Virus record (IMG/VR): IMGVR_UViG_3300030118_005494 | Reading direction: 5' to 3' (one strand) | DNA length: 64,000 nucleotides | From: an uncultured virus (IMG/VR IMGVR_UViG_3300030118_005494) | Lineage: Duplodnaviria > Heunggongvirae > Uroviricota > Caudoviricetes | In this document: piece after piece, positions 7,485-15,855 of the stretch | How the letters are laid out: every line of letters begins with the position of its first letter | Position numbering within the stretch: position 1 is the stretch's first letter | The notes under the pieces: generated by a model | Told to the model about the DNA's origin: nothing | Databases searched by the model: none | What the model saw: the letters and a program-made list of their open reading frames with translations, nothing else | Position numbers and translations under genes: made by a program

Positions 7485-10400
7485 TGACTGAAAATGTAGT
7501 AGTAAACACAGAAAATAATACTGTAATCGTTAATCCTGTTGTTACAGAAAATACTGTTAATGTTGCTGAAAATACTTCAAATGTCTTTGTAGTTAAACTA
7601 CCTGAGACTCAAGTAAGTGTTGAAGAAACTCCTACACACAATATCGAAATAAACCCGGTAGGTGTTCCTGCTGGTTACTACTTAACTGTCGCTGATTTTC
7701 AAGCACAAGCAACACCAATTGCAGTTGCAGTGTACAGACATATAGCTGAGTTTATATCTTGGACTAACAGCACTGATTTAACTTACAACGTAACAGACCA
7801 CGAAGGTAATCCTGCAGCAGTACCAACATTTAAGGGAATGTTTAATCAAGTTGTAGGTACTGCAATATACTCTTGGCCTTTTGTGTTTGCTGATGACGCA
7901 CAAGGTACTAATTTATCCTCGAACCCAGACGGTAAAAGTTTTATTGGATTTGCAAGCGGTAAAACGTCTCCTACTCCTTCACTAAATCCTGTTGATTATG
8001 TTTGGGTACATTTAGGTGGTGGTTCTGGTTCACTGTCATTAGAGACAGAAGCTAGAATCATAAATAATGGAGATAACACTTACCAGATTGTAAGTACTTA
8101 CTCAGACATCACTATATATGACACGAATAAAGGCAGCATTCCTACTATTGATATAGTGGATAATATTCTTACTGTTAACAATGGAGCAGGTAAGGTATGT
8201 TCCTTTACATCAAACAGTGATGTCATATCTTTCTTAAAGTATATTGATTTTTACTCGGGTGCTACTGGGGATTTGCATGTTGCTGTTTATCAGAACGCAA
8301 ATGACACACCAGAAACCCCATCAGGAGGTTCTTTTAACGGCAGTATCGTAACTGCACCAGCAGGATGGGAAAACAGCCCTACATTCGTTTCAGACGCAAA
8401 TACATGGAGGTCTGAAGCTATATATACAGAAACTACTCCCGGGGTTTGGACATTACAAGGGTACTCTTTTCCTGAAGTATGCACACAAATTGGGGAAGTA
8501 GTAACACCACCTAATTTACTACCTATTGTATTGTTCCCGACTGCAGAGCATATCCTGCAACTTAAATGGACTGGTTCAACTACCACATACCAGATACGAC
8601 TTGTAAACGATATCGGTGAATCTGTGTATGACGCAGTACATAGAGGAAAACATCTATTAATTTCAGATATTGGGTTAGGTAATTACACTGCATACGTAAG
8701 AAGTATTGATGAGTTCGGATTTTCTCCATGGGACACATCAACGTTTACTGTTGCAATTCCTGAGATAAGCACATTAAGTATTGTTGTATCAAATGAGTCA
8801 GTTACTGTATATCCAAACCCAGTACAACGTAGGTTTAATTTAAGTTTAGTTATAACGAGTCAAAATGTAGCTACACCTCCTACAGAGTATATTGAAAGTA
8901 AAAGTCATACCTTCACAGACTTAAACCCTAATACTGGGTATAGAGTGTGGGCAGCGATAAACTGTATATTAGGTTCTAGTACATTTAAGTATTTTGATGT
9001 ACAGACAACAAATGATGATACAAAGCTTAAAACAATCCTAGACCAAGTGTTGCAAGGGATTGATGACGCTATAAATACCCAAAAAGAACGGATTGATGGT
9101 GTACATCAAAGTATTGCAGCATTCCAAGATGATTTAGAAAGTCTGTTAGATGTTATTACAGATACTTCTAGTATTGTTTCTGAAGTTTCAGAAAGGCTAG
9201 ATAAATACACAGTCCAAGCAAACAGTGCGATTAAGCAAGTTATATTTGACAGAAAAGAATCAGATATTGCGTTATTGGATGCGTTTTCACGAAATGTAGC
9301 GTGGCAAGAAGAGTATCGACGTAGGCTCATGAATAACGAGAGACTGATTGATACTCTTGTTTGGGAAGATCCCGAAAACGGTATTATTGTTAATCGTGCA
9401 TTTGCATATACAGAAGAGTCGTTTACTCAAGCACAGTTACTTATTGATGGTGTTCAAGGTAACGTTAATATTCTTGCTGAACGTCAAACTGAAGATAGTA
9501 ACAGTATTACCGATTTAAGGGCAGAGATAGACCTGTTACCCGGGGTTATCACTCAAATAGCAACAGCTATTACCAGTGATGCTGTCACTGCATTGCAACC
9601 TGCGTATAGTTTTAACTTTTTTGACTCAACACAAAATTGGTACGCAGTAAATGGAACAATTACAGCTGGGTTAAGTAAAGTATTACTTACTTGGGGTGAT
9701 ATCAGAAATGACAGTATTTCATATGATGCTGACGACAACCCTTCAATTCGTATTGATTATGAAAGGACTGCAGGTTCAGGTTGGACGGGTGATTTAGAGT
9801 TTATAGCTGACGGTACCACACATACTCTTACTGGTTTTATTGAAGAACCTGTATCGAGTAAAACACTGATCTTATTAAACTTAGCGGGAATAGAAGAATA
9901 CACCGGAACGATAACAAGTCTTCGGATTATCTTAGGTTCAAGCACTTCAGACCACTTTACTATTACTGCAATTACAATTGGTAAATCAGATGCTTCAGTA
10001 CAACAAATTGAAGATTTAACTGCACGAGTAACAATTGCAGAACAGAGTATTGATGCTATTAATGGAGAAATAGCACAACGAGTAACATCTACGTACTACA
10101 ATGCAAACACAATAACATACTCTAATGTTGAGTCTGTACTTGATGGTATCGAAAGTTATGCACTGGTTAAAGCAGCTTATCAAGAGTTAGACGCTAATAA
10201 CACAGTAACAAAAGCTAACAGTGCTGCAACGTTTATTAATGGACAAACTGGCACAATCCAACAACTTACCCAAAGTTTCACAGATTCTATAGCATCAAAT
10301 GAACAATCAATTAGTGATGTACAGCAGGAGCTATCAAGTCAAGATGGGCGAATACTAAATCAGATAGCACAACTAAAATCTAACAAAAGAAGTGATTACG

Positions 10401-12775
10401 AAACTCAACTTGAACTATTAGATAATTTAATTGATGGTAAATATCAAGACCTAACTAGATTAGAAGATAATTTACGTTTTGGTTTGGCTATAAGTGAGTT
10501 AAATGTACAAATTAATGATACTTCAGTATTAGCACAAGATATCACTGAATTACGATCATTAATTGCATCTAGTAACACGTATATTACTGGAATAGCCAGA
10601 CAAGTCTTAGTATTGGAACAAGATATCCAAGGAAACCAATTTGCTGCAGAACAGCTTGAGTTAAGTATCGAAAATTTAAATACTGGTGTAAACGCTGCAG
10701 TTGAACGTATTGTTGCAGTTGAAACTGATACATCTGGCTTACTTCAATCTGTTGCAAGTATCACTTCTACTATTGAAAATCCTACCACAGGATTAAGTGC
10801 TGCGTATGGGTTAGCTCAAGTAGCAAAACAAACCGCTGATGGACTAGTAACATCTGTTTCAGATATTACAGGCCAAATTGAAGATAGTAATACAGGTTTA
10901 GCTGCAACATACCAATTAGTGTTAGAAGCACAGCAGAATATTGAAGGTCTGACTACAAGTGTCACAAGCATTACAAATAAAATAAATGATCCTAGCACTG
11001 GACTTGATGCTGTGGCTAGTTTTGCTAATGGAGTACAGCAATATGCAGAGGGAGTTAGTAGTAGTTTATCGTCATTAAGTGGTGAAGTAAACCACAGTAC
11101 CACAGGGCTGAGTGCTACGTATCAACTAGCAGGACAAGCTAAGTCTAGTGCTGACGGTACGTATCAGGCATTAGTGCTGCTGCAAAACCAAGTAAATGAC
11201 CCTAGTACTGGATTAAACGCTGTAGCGACATTAGCACAAAGCGCAAAAACAACTTCTGATACTGCAGTTGAAAGTATTACAGTTCTTGAAAATAAAGTTA
11301 ATGATTCTGTTACTGGATTGGCTGCTGTCGCTTCAATATCCCAAAGCGCAAAGACAGCAGCTGATGAAAATAGTGATTCAATTACATTAATTGAAAACGT
11401 AATTAATGATCCTACTACAGGGTTAAATGCAACCACAACATTACTACAAACAGTTGAACAAACTGCGAATAATAATACACAAGCGATATCATCACTATCA
11501 TCGAGAATAGATACAGCAGAAGGTGTAGGACAATCGAATTTAGTTTTAGCTACAAAACTAGACAACGAGCTTGCAACAATAAGGTCTATTGCACAACTTG
11601 GTGTTGATGTTAATGGTAGAGCTGCATTTGTTCGAATAGATGGTGAAACAACAAACAGCAAAATTACATTTAAAGCTGATGAATTAGAATGGTTAAATAC
11701 TAACAACAATGTTGCACTTGGGTGGAATGCAACACAGAATAAAATAACTATTGATGCAATTTTGCAGGTAGGGGCCACGGTAGCTGGGAGCAGCACCCCA
11801 ATATCCTCTAGACTTGGTTCCTTAGAAAGTACATCATCTAGTCTTGGATCAGTTGCATTTAAAGATAAAATTGCAGTTGCAGACTTAAATAGTACTGTAA
11901 TTAGTAACGGAAAAATATTAACTACGTTACTTGATGTAGACACTATTCTAGGCACTAATGCGGTATTTAAAGGTAATTTGGCTAGTACTGCTACTTTAAA
12001 TGGTACTACTGTTTCAAATCTTATTAGTAATATTACCGCTAATAGTAATAACCTAACAAACCTAAGTAACTCATTAGGTGCAGCTGCGTATCAAGATAAA
12101 ATAGAAACAGCACTATTAGGTACTACTATATTTTCTGGTGGGTACTTTAAAACAAACCTAATTGACGTTGATACCATTTTAGGTAATACGGCTACTTTCT
12201 TAGGTACGGTACAAGGTGGTAGATTTTTAACATCATCTAATACAAGTAATATTCGTGTAGATATTCATGACGATGGTACTTATCTAATTTGGGTAGGGTC
12301 AGGAAGTAAAACCGATAGTAATGCTGTATTCTTTATTAAGAAAGACGGTACCGGATTTATTAAAGGAACATTCTTCCAAGGCCAAATTTTTGAGTCTAAG
12401 TTAGTACAAAGTACTGATACAGTTTTACAACAAGTTTCTGCGATTACGCATAACTCAGTTTCTAACCCAGTTGAGATTAACGTAACAGTACAGTCAACTT
12501 GGTATGATGATCTTGGGGAAGGGGAAACACAAGTAGTTCTGCGTAGAGACGGAACTATAATAAAAACTTGGGTTCCAGAGTATACTACAAGTTATGTATC
12601 TCAATTGGGTAAATATGTAAATAGAGTAAAAACACAAATATTCACCTATATTGATACCGGCAGTACATCGGGAGATAACGAATATACTATTACATTTATT
12701 ACAACAAATTCTGTTAATGTAGATATTCAAGAAAAAGAAACGATATTTAAAACATATGAAAACAAATTAAATTAA
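7484..12775 (+). CDS. Long tail fibre / host-specificity protein
   Basis: 1763 aa; FN3-like segments (YTAYVRSIDEFGFSPW; DLNPNTGYRVWAA), long coiled coil with 35-aa repeats, beta-rich C-terminus. Confidence 0.8.
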   Translation: MTENVVVNTENNTVIVNPVVTENTVNVAENTSNVFVVKLPETQVSVEETPTHNIEINPVGVPAGYYLTVADFQAQATPIAVAVYRHIAEFISWTNSTDLTYNVTDHEGNPAAVPTFKGMFNQVVGTAIYSWPFVFADDAQGTNLSSNPDGKSFIGFASGKTSPTPSLNPVDYVWVHLGGGSGSLSLETEARIINNGDNTYQIVSTYSDITIYDTNKGSIPTIDIVDNILTVNNGAGKVCSFTSNSDVISFLKYIDFYSGATGDLHVAVYQNANDTPETPSGGSFNGSIVTAPAGWENSPTFVSDANTWRSEAIYTETTPGVWTLQGYSFPEVCTQIGEVVTPPNLLPIVLFPTAEHILQLKWTGSTTTYQIRLVNDIGESVYDAVHRGKHLLISDIGLGNYTAYVRSIDEFGFSPWDTSTFTVAIPEISTLSIVVSNESVTVYPNPVQRRFNLSLVITSQNVATPPTEYIESKSHTFTDLNPNTGYRVWAAINCILGSSTFKYFDVQTTNDDTKLKTILDQVLQGIDDAINTQKERIDGVHQSIAAFQDDLESLLDVITDTSSIVSEVSERLDKYTVQANSAIKQVIFDRKESDIALLDAFSRNVAWQEEYRRRLMNNERLIDTLVWEDPENGIIVNRAFAYTEESFTQAQLLIDGVQGNVNILAERQTEDSNSITDLRAEIDLLPGVITQIATAITSDAVTALQPAYSFNFFDSTQNWYAVNGTITAGLSKVLLTWGDIRNDSISYDADDNPSIRIDYERTAGSGWTGDLEFIADGTTHTLTGFIEEPVSSKTLILLNLAGIEEYTGTITSLRIILGSSTSDHFTITAITIGKSDASVQQIEDLTARVTIAEQSIDAINGEIAQRVTSTYYNANTITYSNVESVLDGIESYALVKAAYQELDANNTVTKANSAATFINGQTGTIQQLTQSFTDSIASNEQSISDVQQELSSQDGRILNQIAQLKSNKRSDYETQLELLDNLIDGKYQDLTRLEDNLRFGLAISELNVQINDTSVLAQDITELRSLIASSNTYITGIARQVLVLEQDIQGNQFAAEQLELSIENLNTGVNAAVERIVAVETDTSGLLQSVASITSTIENPTTGLSAAYGLAQVAKQTADGLVTSVSDITGQIEDSNTGLAATYQLVLEAQQNIEGLTTSVTSITNKINDPSTGLDAVASFANGVQQYAEGVSSSLSSLSGEVNHSTTGLSATYQLAGQAKSSADGTYQALVLLQNQVNDPSTGLNAVATLAQSAKTTSDTAVESITVLENKVNDSVTGLAAVASISQSAKTAADENSDSITLIENVINDPTTGLNATTTLLQTVEQTANNNTQAISSLSSRIDTAEGVGQSNLVLATKLDNELATIRSIAQLGVDVNGRAAFVRIDGETTNSKITFKADELEWLNTNNNVALGWNATQNKITIDAILQVGATVAGSSTPISSRLGSLESTSSSLGSVAFKDKIAVADLNSTVISNGKILTTLLDVDTILGTNAVFKGNLASTATLNGTTVSNLISNITANSNNLTNLSNSLGAAAYQDKIETALLGTTIFSGGYFKTNLIDVDTILGNTATFLGTVQGGRFLTSSNTSNIRVDIHDDGTYLIWVGSGSKTDSNAVFFIKKDGTGFIKGTFFQGQIFESKLVQSTDTVLQQVSAITHNSVSNPVEINVTVQSTWYDDLGEGETQVVLRRDGTIIKTWVPEYTTSYVSQLGKYVNRVKTQIFTYIDTGSTSGDNEYTITFITTNSVNVDIQEKETIFKTYENKLN
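10772..11506 (+). repeat. Seven tandem 105-nt (35-aa) degenerate repeats inside the tail fibre
   Basis: Units begin IENPTTGL, IEDSNTGL, INDPSTGL, VNHSTTGL, VNDPSTGL, VNDSVTGL, INDPTTGL at 35-aa spacing. Confidence 0.9.
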
Positions 12776-12787
12776 AGGCTGACGATC

Positions 12788-14692
12788 ATGACAACTGAAA
12801 CATTGTGGATTGGAGCATCATTAACATTCCAAAATAATAACGATATTGTTGTAGTAAATACTGGTGATGATATCCAAAGTATTGAACCTAATGATGTCTT
12901 ATTTAGTTCTAATTATGGTGAACCTGTAGAAGTAGCTTCAGCCTACATAACTGCTGATGCTTCTCCTGTTACTGTGATTAAATTGACTAAACCATGGCCC
13001 GGGGGTAGTGGTAATTTTAGTGCTACTATTGTACCTAGTGGTACAAGTATTGCTGCTGTAGCTAAAAAACTAAATACACTTCATGATACATACTCTGCGT
13101 TAGCTCAAAACGTATCTAATATCGTAACAGGAGATTCTTTAGTACAGCGTTTAAATGACGGTAGAGTTAAAGGTGCTAATGCAGAAGACAATGATGATTT
13201 AGTTGCTAAAGGTCAGTTTAACGCTCTTGCTCAAAGTTACGTAAGTGGGTATGGTGTTGGGGAGGATGCCTTACCTGCATTTACTGACTGGAACGCAATC
13301 CCCTATCCTTTTAACGGTATGTTGCGTATTCAGACAGGTGCGGTAAATGCCCCAAGTGGGCTGCCTACTAACTATTATTACAACGTAGTGTCTCTAGGAA
13401 ACTCTAACGCAAATCTTCTTGTTATGCCTATTGCTAATGAACAAGACTTATATTTGATTAGACGTTCAGATGCGACAACATTTACATTATTAGGAAATGC
13501 TTTTGGTTATATAGACCATGGTATAGGAGCGGAATTTGGAGCTGCTTGGCCTAATGGTACAGATTTAAACAACACCACTGGAGTAAGACCGGGCGTTTAT
13601 AAAATATACGCGGTTACCCCAACTGAAGCATTAGGTTTTCCTTCAGAATACACAGCAAATGCTAACGTAACCATTATCTTTAATATTGAAGCTTCCACTA
13701 GAATGACAATGATTCTTAGTGATGCTAAAACAGGTGAGACATTTGTAAGAGCTTACAATGGTAGCTGGAAACCTTACAGAAAGTTATTTGACTCTACAAA
13801 CTCCGCTAACCCGTTGGATTTTGGTTTTTGTATACCCGCTGACGCTAATGCTCCTGTTATTACAGCTACTCAAGCGGACACTACAATGCTTCCCACTAGC
13901 GCTGGAAGGGGGCAGTTAGATAATGGTATTTTTACTACATTCATTAACCTACGGGCAAATTTAAACCGTCAAGCACAGTTTCATATGGCTTATGGTGGAG
14001 GAGAACCAAGAGCATTTGCTAGGATGATGGTTGGTGATTTCCAATGGTCTGACATTATAGAATTCTATACTGACCATAACAGTGCAAACCCATTAGATTA
14101 CGGTATTGGTGGTGTAAAAACTCTTCCATCTGGAACAAGTCTATTGTCGATTGCAGAAAACGGACTTTATTATATACCTTCTGCAACTAACGCACCTTCA
14201 GCACAGACTCCTAACTGGGTTGTATTAGTTAATTCTACAAACAACGCTGCATACCGAACTGTTAAAGCGTGGGGTGTCGGTAAAATAGCGGGAAGCTACG
14301 GTGAATACACAAACACATTAGAAAATACTACTTGGGGTGGTTGGCGTCTAGTATACGATTCTGGCAACACTAATTTTAATAGTTTTTCAGCAGAATCTGC
14401 AAATGACATAATAGCATACGGCTACGCTGTAACGTCAGGTATAGTCCAGTTATTCTTCCCTCTTAATTCTAAAACTGCTCCTACTTCTTTGTCTGTCACT
14501 GGAACATTTAAACTGAAAGGAGCAGCAGATGCAGATCGGGCCACAGGAATTACAACGTTAGGTTTAAATAATCTAAGTACAAACAAACTAGGCGTATGCC
14601 GCGTATCTAGTGGTTTGACAGGTGTTGTACAGGGTGAACCCATCGTACTAGTAGCAACGGCATCTGGCGATTCTGTTACGTTTAATTTTTAA
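12788..14692 (+). CDS. Tail fibre protein with pyocin-knob-like modules
   Basis: Repeated modules ending WKPYRKLFDSTNSANPLDFG, WSDIIEFYTDHNSANPLDYG, WGGWRLVYDSGN; ENGLYY/RPGVY knob-type motifs. Confidence 0.8.
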   Translation: MTTETLWIGASLTFQNNNDIVVVNTGDDIQSIEPNDVLFSSNYGEPVEVASAYITADASPVTVIKLTKPWPGGSGNFSATIVPSGTSIAAVAKKLNTLHDTYSALAQNVSNIVTGDSLVQRLNDGRVKGANAEDNDDLVAKGQFNALAQSYVSGYGVGEDALPAFTDWNAIPYPFNGMLRIQTGAVNAPSGLPTNYYYNVVSLGNSNANLLVMPIANEQDLYLIRRSDATTFTLLGNAFGYIDHGIGAEFGAAWPNGTDLNNTTGVRPGVYKIYAVTPTEALGFPSEYTANANVTIIFNIEASTRMTMILSDAKTGETFVRAYNGSWKPYRKLFDSTNSANPLDFGFCIPADANAPVITATQADTTMLPTSAGRGQLDNGIFTTFINLRANLNRQAQFHMAYGGGEPRAFARMMVGDFQWSDIIEFYTDHNSANPLDYGIGGVKTLPSGTSLLSIAENGLYYIPSATNAPSAQTPNWVVLVNSTNNAAYRTVKAWGVGKIAGSYGEYTNTLENTTWGGWRLVYDSGNTNFNSFSAESANDIIAYGYAVTSGIVQLFFPLNSKTAPTSLSVTGTFKLKGAADADRATGITTLGLNNLSTNKLGVCRVSSGLTGVVQGEPIVLVATASGDSVTFNF

Positions 14693-14704
14693 GGTATATG
14701 CATA

Positions 14705-15394
14705 ATGTTAAAATTTATTGATGAGAATGATTTTGTGTTAGTTGATACATTTCAACTCTGTAGTGACAACTCTGTAGAGTGGAGTTATATCTCAGATAGT
14801 GGTTCACACACTGGTGTTATATATGAAGGGTTAGTTTGCACTACATCCATCCAAGATGGTACAACAGAAGTATCTACCGGTTTTAAAAATGCTAAAGTTG
14901 GGGAAACTCCTGTTTTGGATGAAGAAGGGAACCCTGTACTTGATGACAATGGTGATCCAGTAACAGAACCTGTATACGAATCTCAAGAACAATTTGAAAC
15001 AGTACCTAACATGGTAGATGTTGAAATTAATGTTTGGGATAAACTTCAAGAATTACATGCAGACCCTGACAGTCCAGTAACAATACTACCGGTTCCTCAA
15101 AGTGTATTGGATGAAGAGTCTTTAAATACTTTTCGAAGTTCCCGGGCTACAGCTATTCAAACAGCCACTGTAACGACTACAGCAGGTAATTGTTATGATG
15201 CTAATGAGATTGCACAAGAACGTATGAATAGAGCTATTACAGCAGCGTCTGTGGCTGGTATGGATGATAATGATACATTATCTTGGTCTTTAAATAGTGA
15301 TCCTACTGGTGTAATGTCAACAGTAACTATTGCAGACCTAAAAGAAGCATTTGTATTGTCAGTACAGCAAATGGCAACATTAATGACAAGATAG
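14705..15394 (+). CDS. Tail fibre assembly/chaperone-like protein (DUF4376-like C-terminus)
   Basis: FRSSRATAIQTATVTT...YDANEIAQERMNRAI...VTIADLKEA follows a tail-fibre gene. Confidence 0.6.
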   Translation: MLKFIDENDFVLVDTFQLCSDNSVEWSYISDSGSHTGVIYEGLVCTTSIQDGTTEVSTGFKNAKVGETPVLDEEGNPVLDDNGDPVTEPVYESQEQFETVPNMVDVEINVWDKLQELHADPDSPVTILPVPQSVLDEESLNTFRSSRATAIQTATVTTTAGNCYDANEIAQERMNRAITAASVAGMDDNDTLSWSLNSDPTGVMSTVTIADLKEAFVLSVQQMATLMTR

Positions 15395-15421
15395 CTATAC
15401 AATCTAATAGAGGGATTTACC

Positions 15422-15853
15422 ATGCTCATCATTCTAACTAGAAGTAATCATTGGATAAGTAGAGCAATACGTTTAGTTATTTGGGATGAGCATTCACATG
15501 GAGGTATTGTAATAGGTGATAATGTTTACGAAGCATCAGGACCGAAAGGTGGGGTAGTAGTTACTCCACTTTCTGAGTTTAAAAAACAGTACACAAATTG
15601 GGAATATTGGCAGCTACCTACAAAAGGTAATTACCAAGAAAAAGCTAAAGCATTAGTAAATTCAAAATATGATCATGGTGCTTTAATTAAACATCTTACA
15701 AGGCTTAATAAATCCAGACCGGATGAATGGTATTGTTTTGAGTATATTGCTTACTGTTCTGGGGTTTTTAATATAGACTTGTGTGATAGGGTAACTTCTG
15801 TCCACCTAAAAATGGTTGGAACAAAAATAAAAAGTTATGATGAAAGGGCATAA
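15422..15853 (+). CDS. Permuted papain-like NlpC/P60 (YiiX/YebB-like) hydrolase
   Basis: HSHGGIV (His) precedes KYD...WYCFEY (Cys), the permuted catalytic order; VYEA and GV motifs. Confidence 0.75.
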   Translation: MLIILTRSNHWISRAIRLVIWDEHSHGGIVIGDNVYEASGPKGGVVVTPLSEFKKQYTNWEYWQLPTKGNYQEKAKALVNSKYDHGALIKHLTRLNKSRPDEWYCFEYIAYCSGVFNIDLCDRVTSVHLKMVGTKIKSYDERA

Positions 15854-15855
15854 AA

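Noticed and set aside
10772..11506. CRISPR-like array or DGR repeat
   Set aside because: Repeats are in-frame, degenerate at DNA level and conserved as protein; no reverse transcriptase or cas operon. The Cas4-like nuclease is the ordinary N4 gp42-type exonuclease
11164..11955. 263-aa antisense ORF, and similar shadow ORFs such as 29151-29705, 53732-54148 and 58110-58679
   Set aside because: Lie opposite well-supported genes and show no recognisable motifs; explained by codon bias
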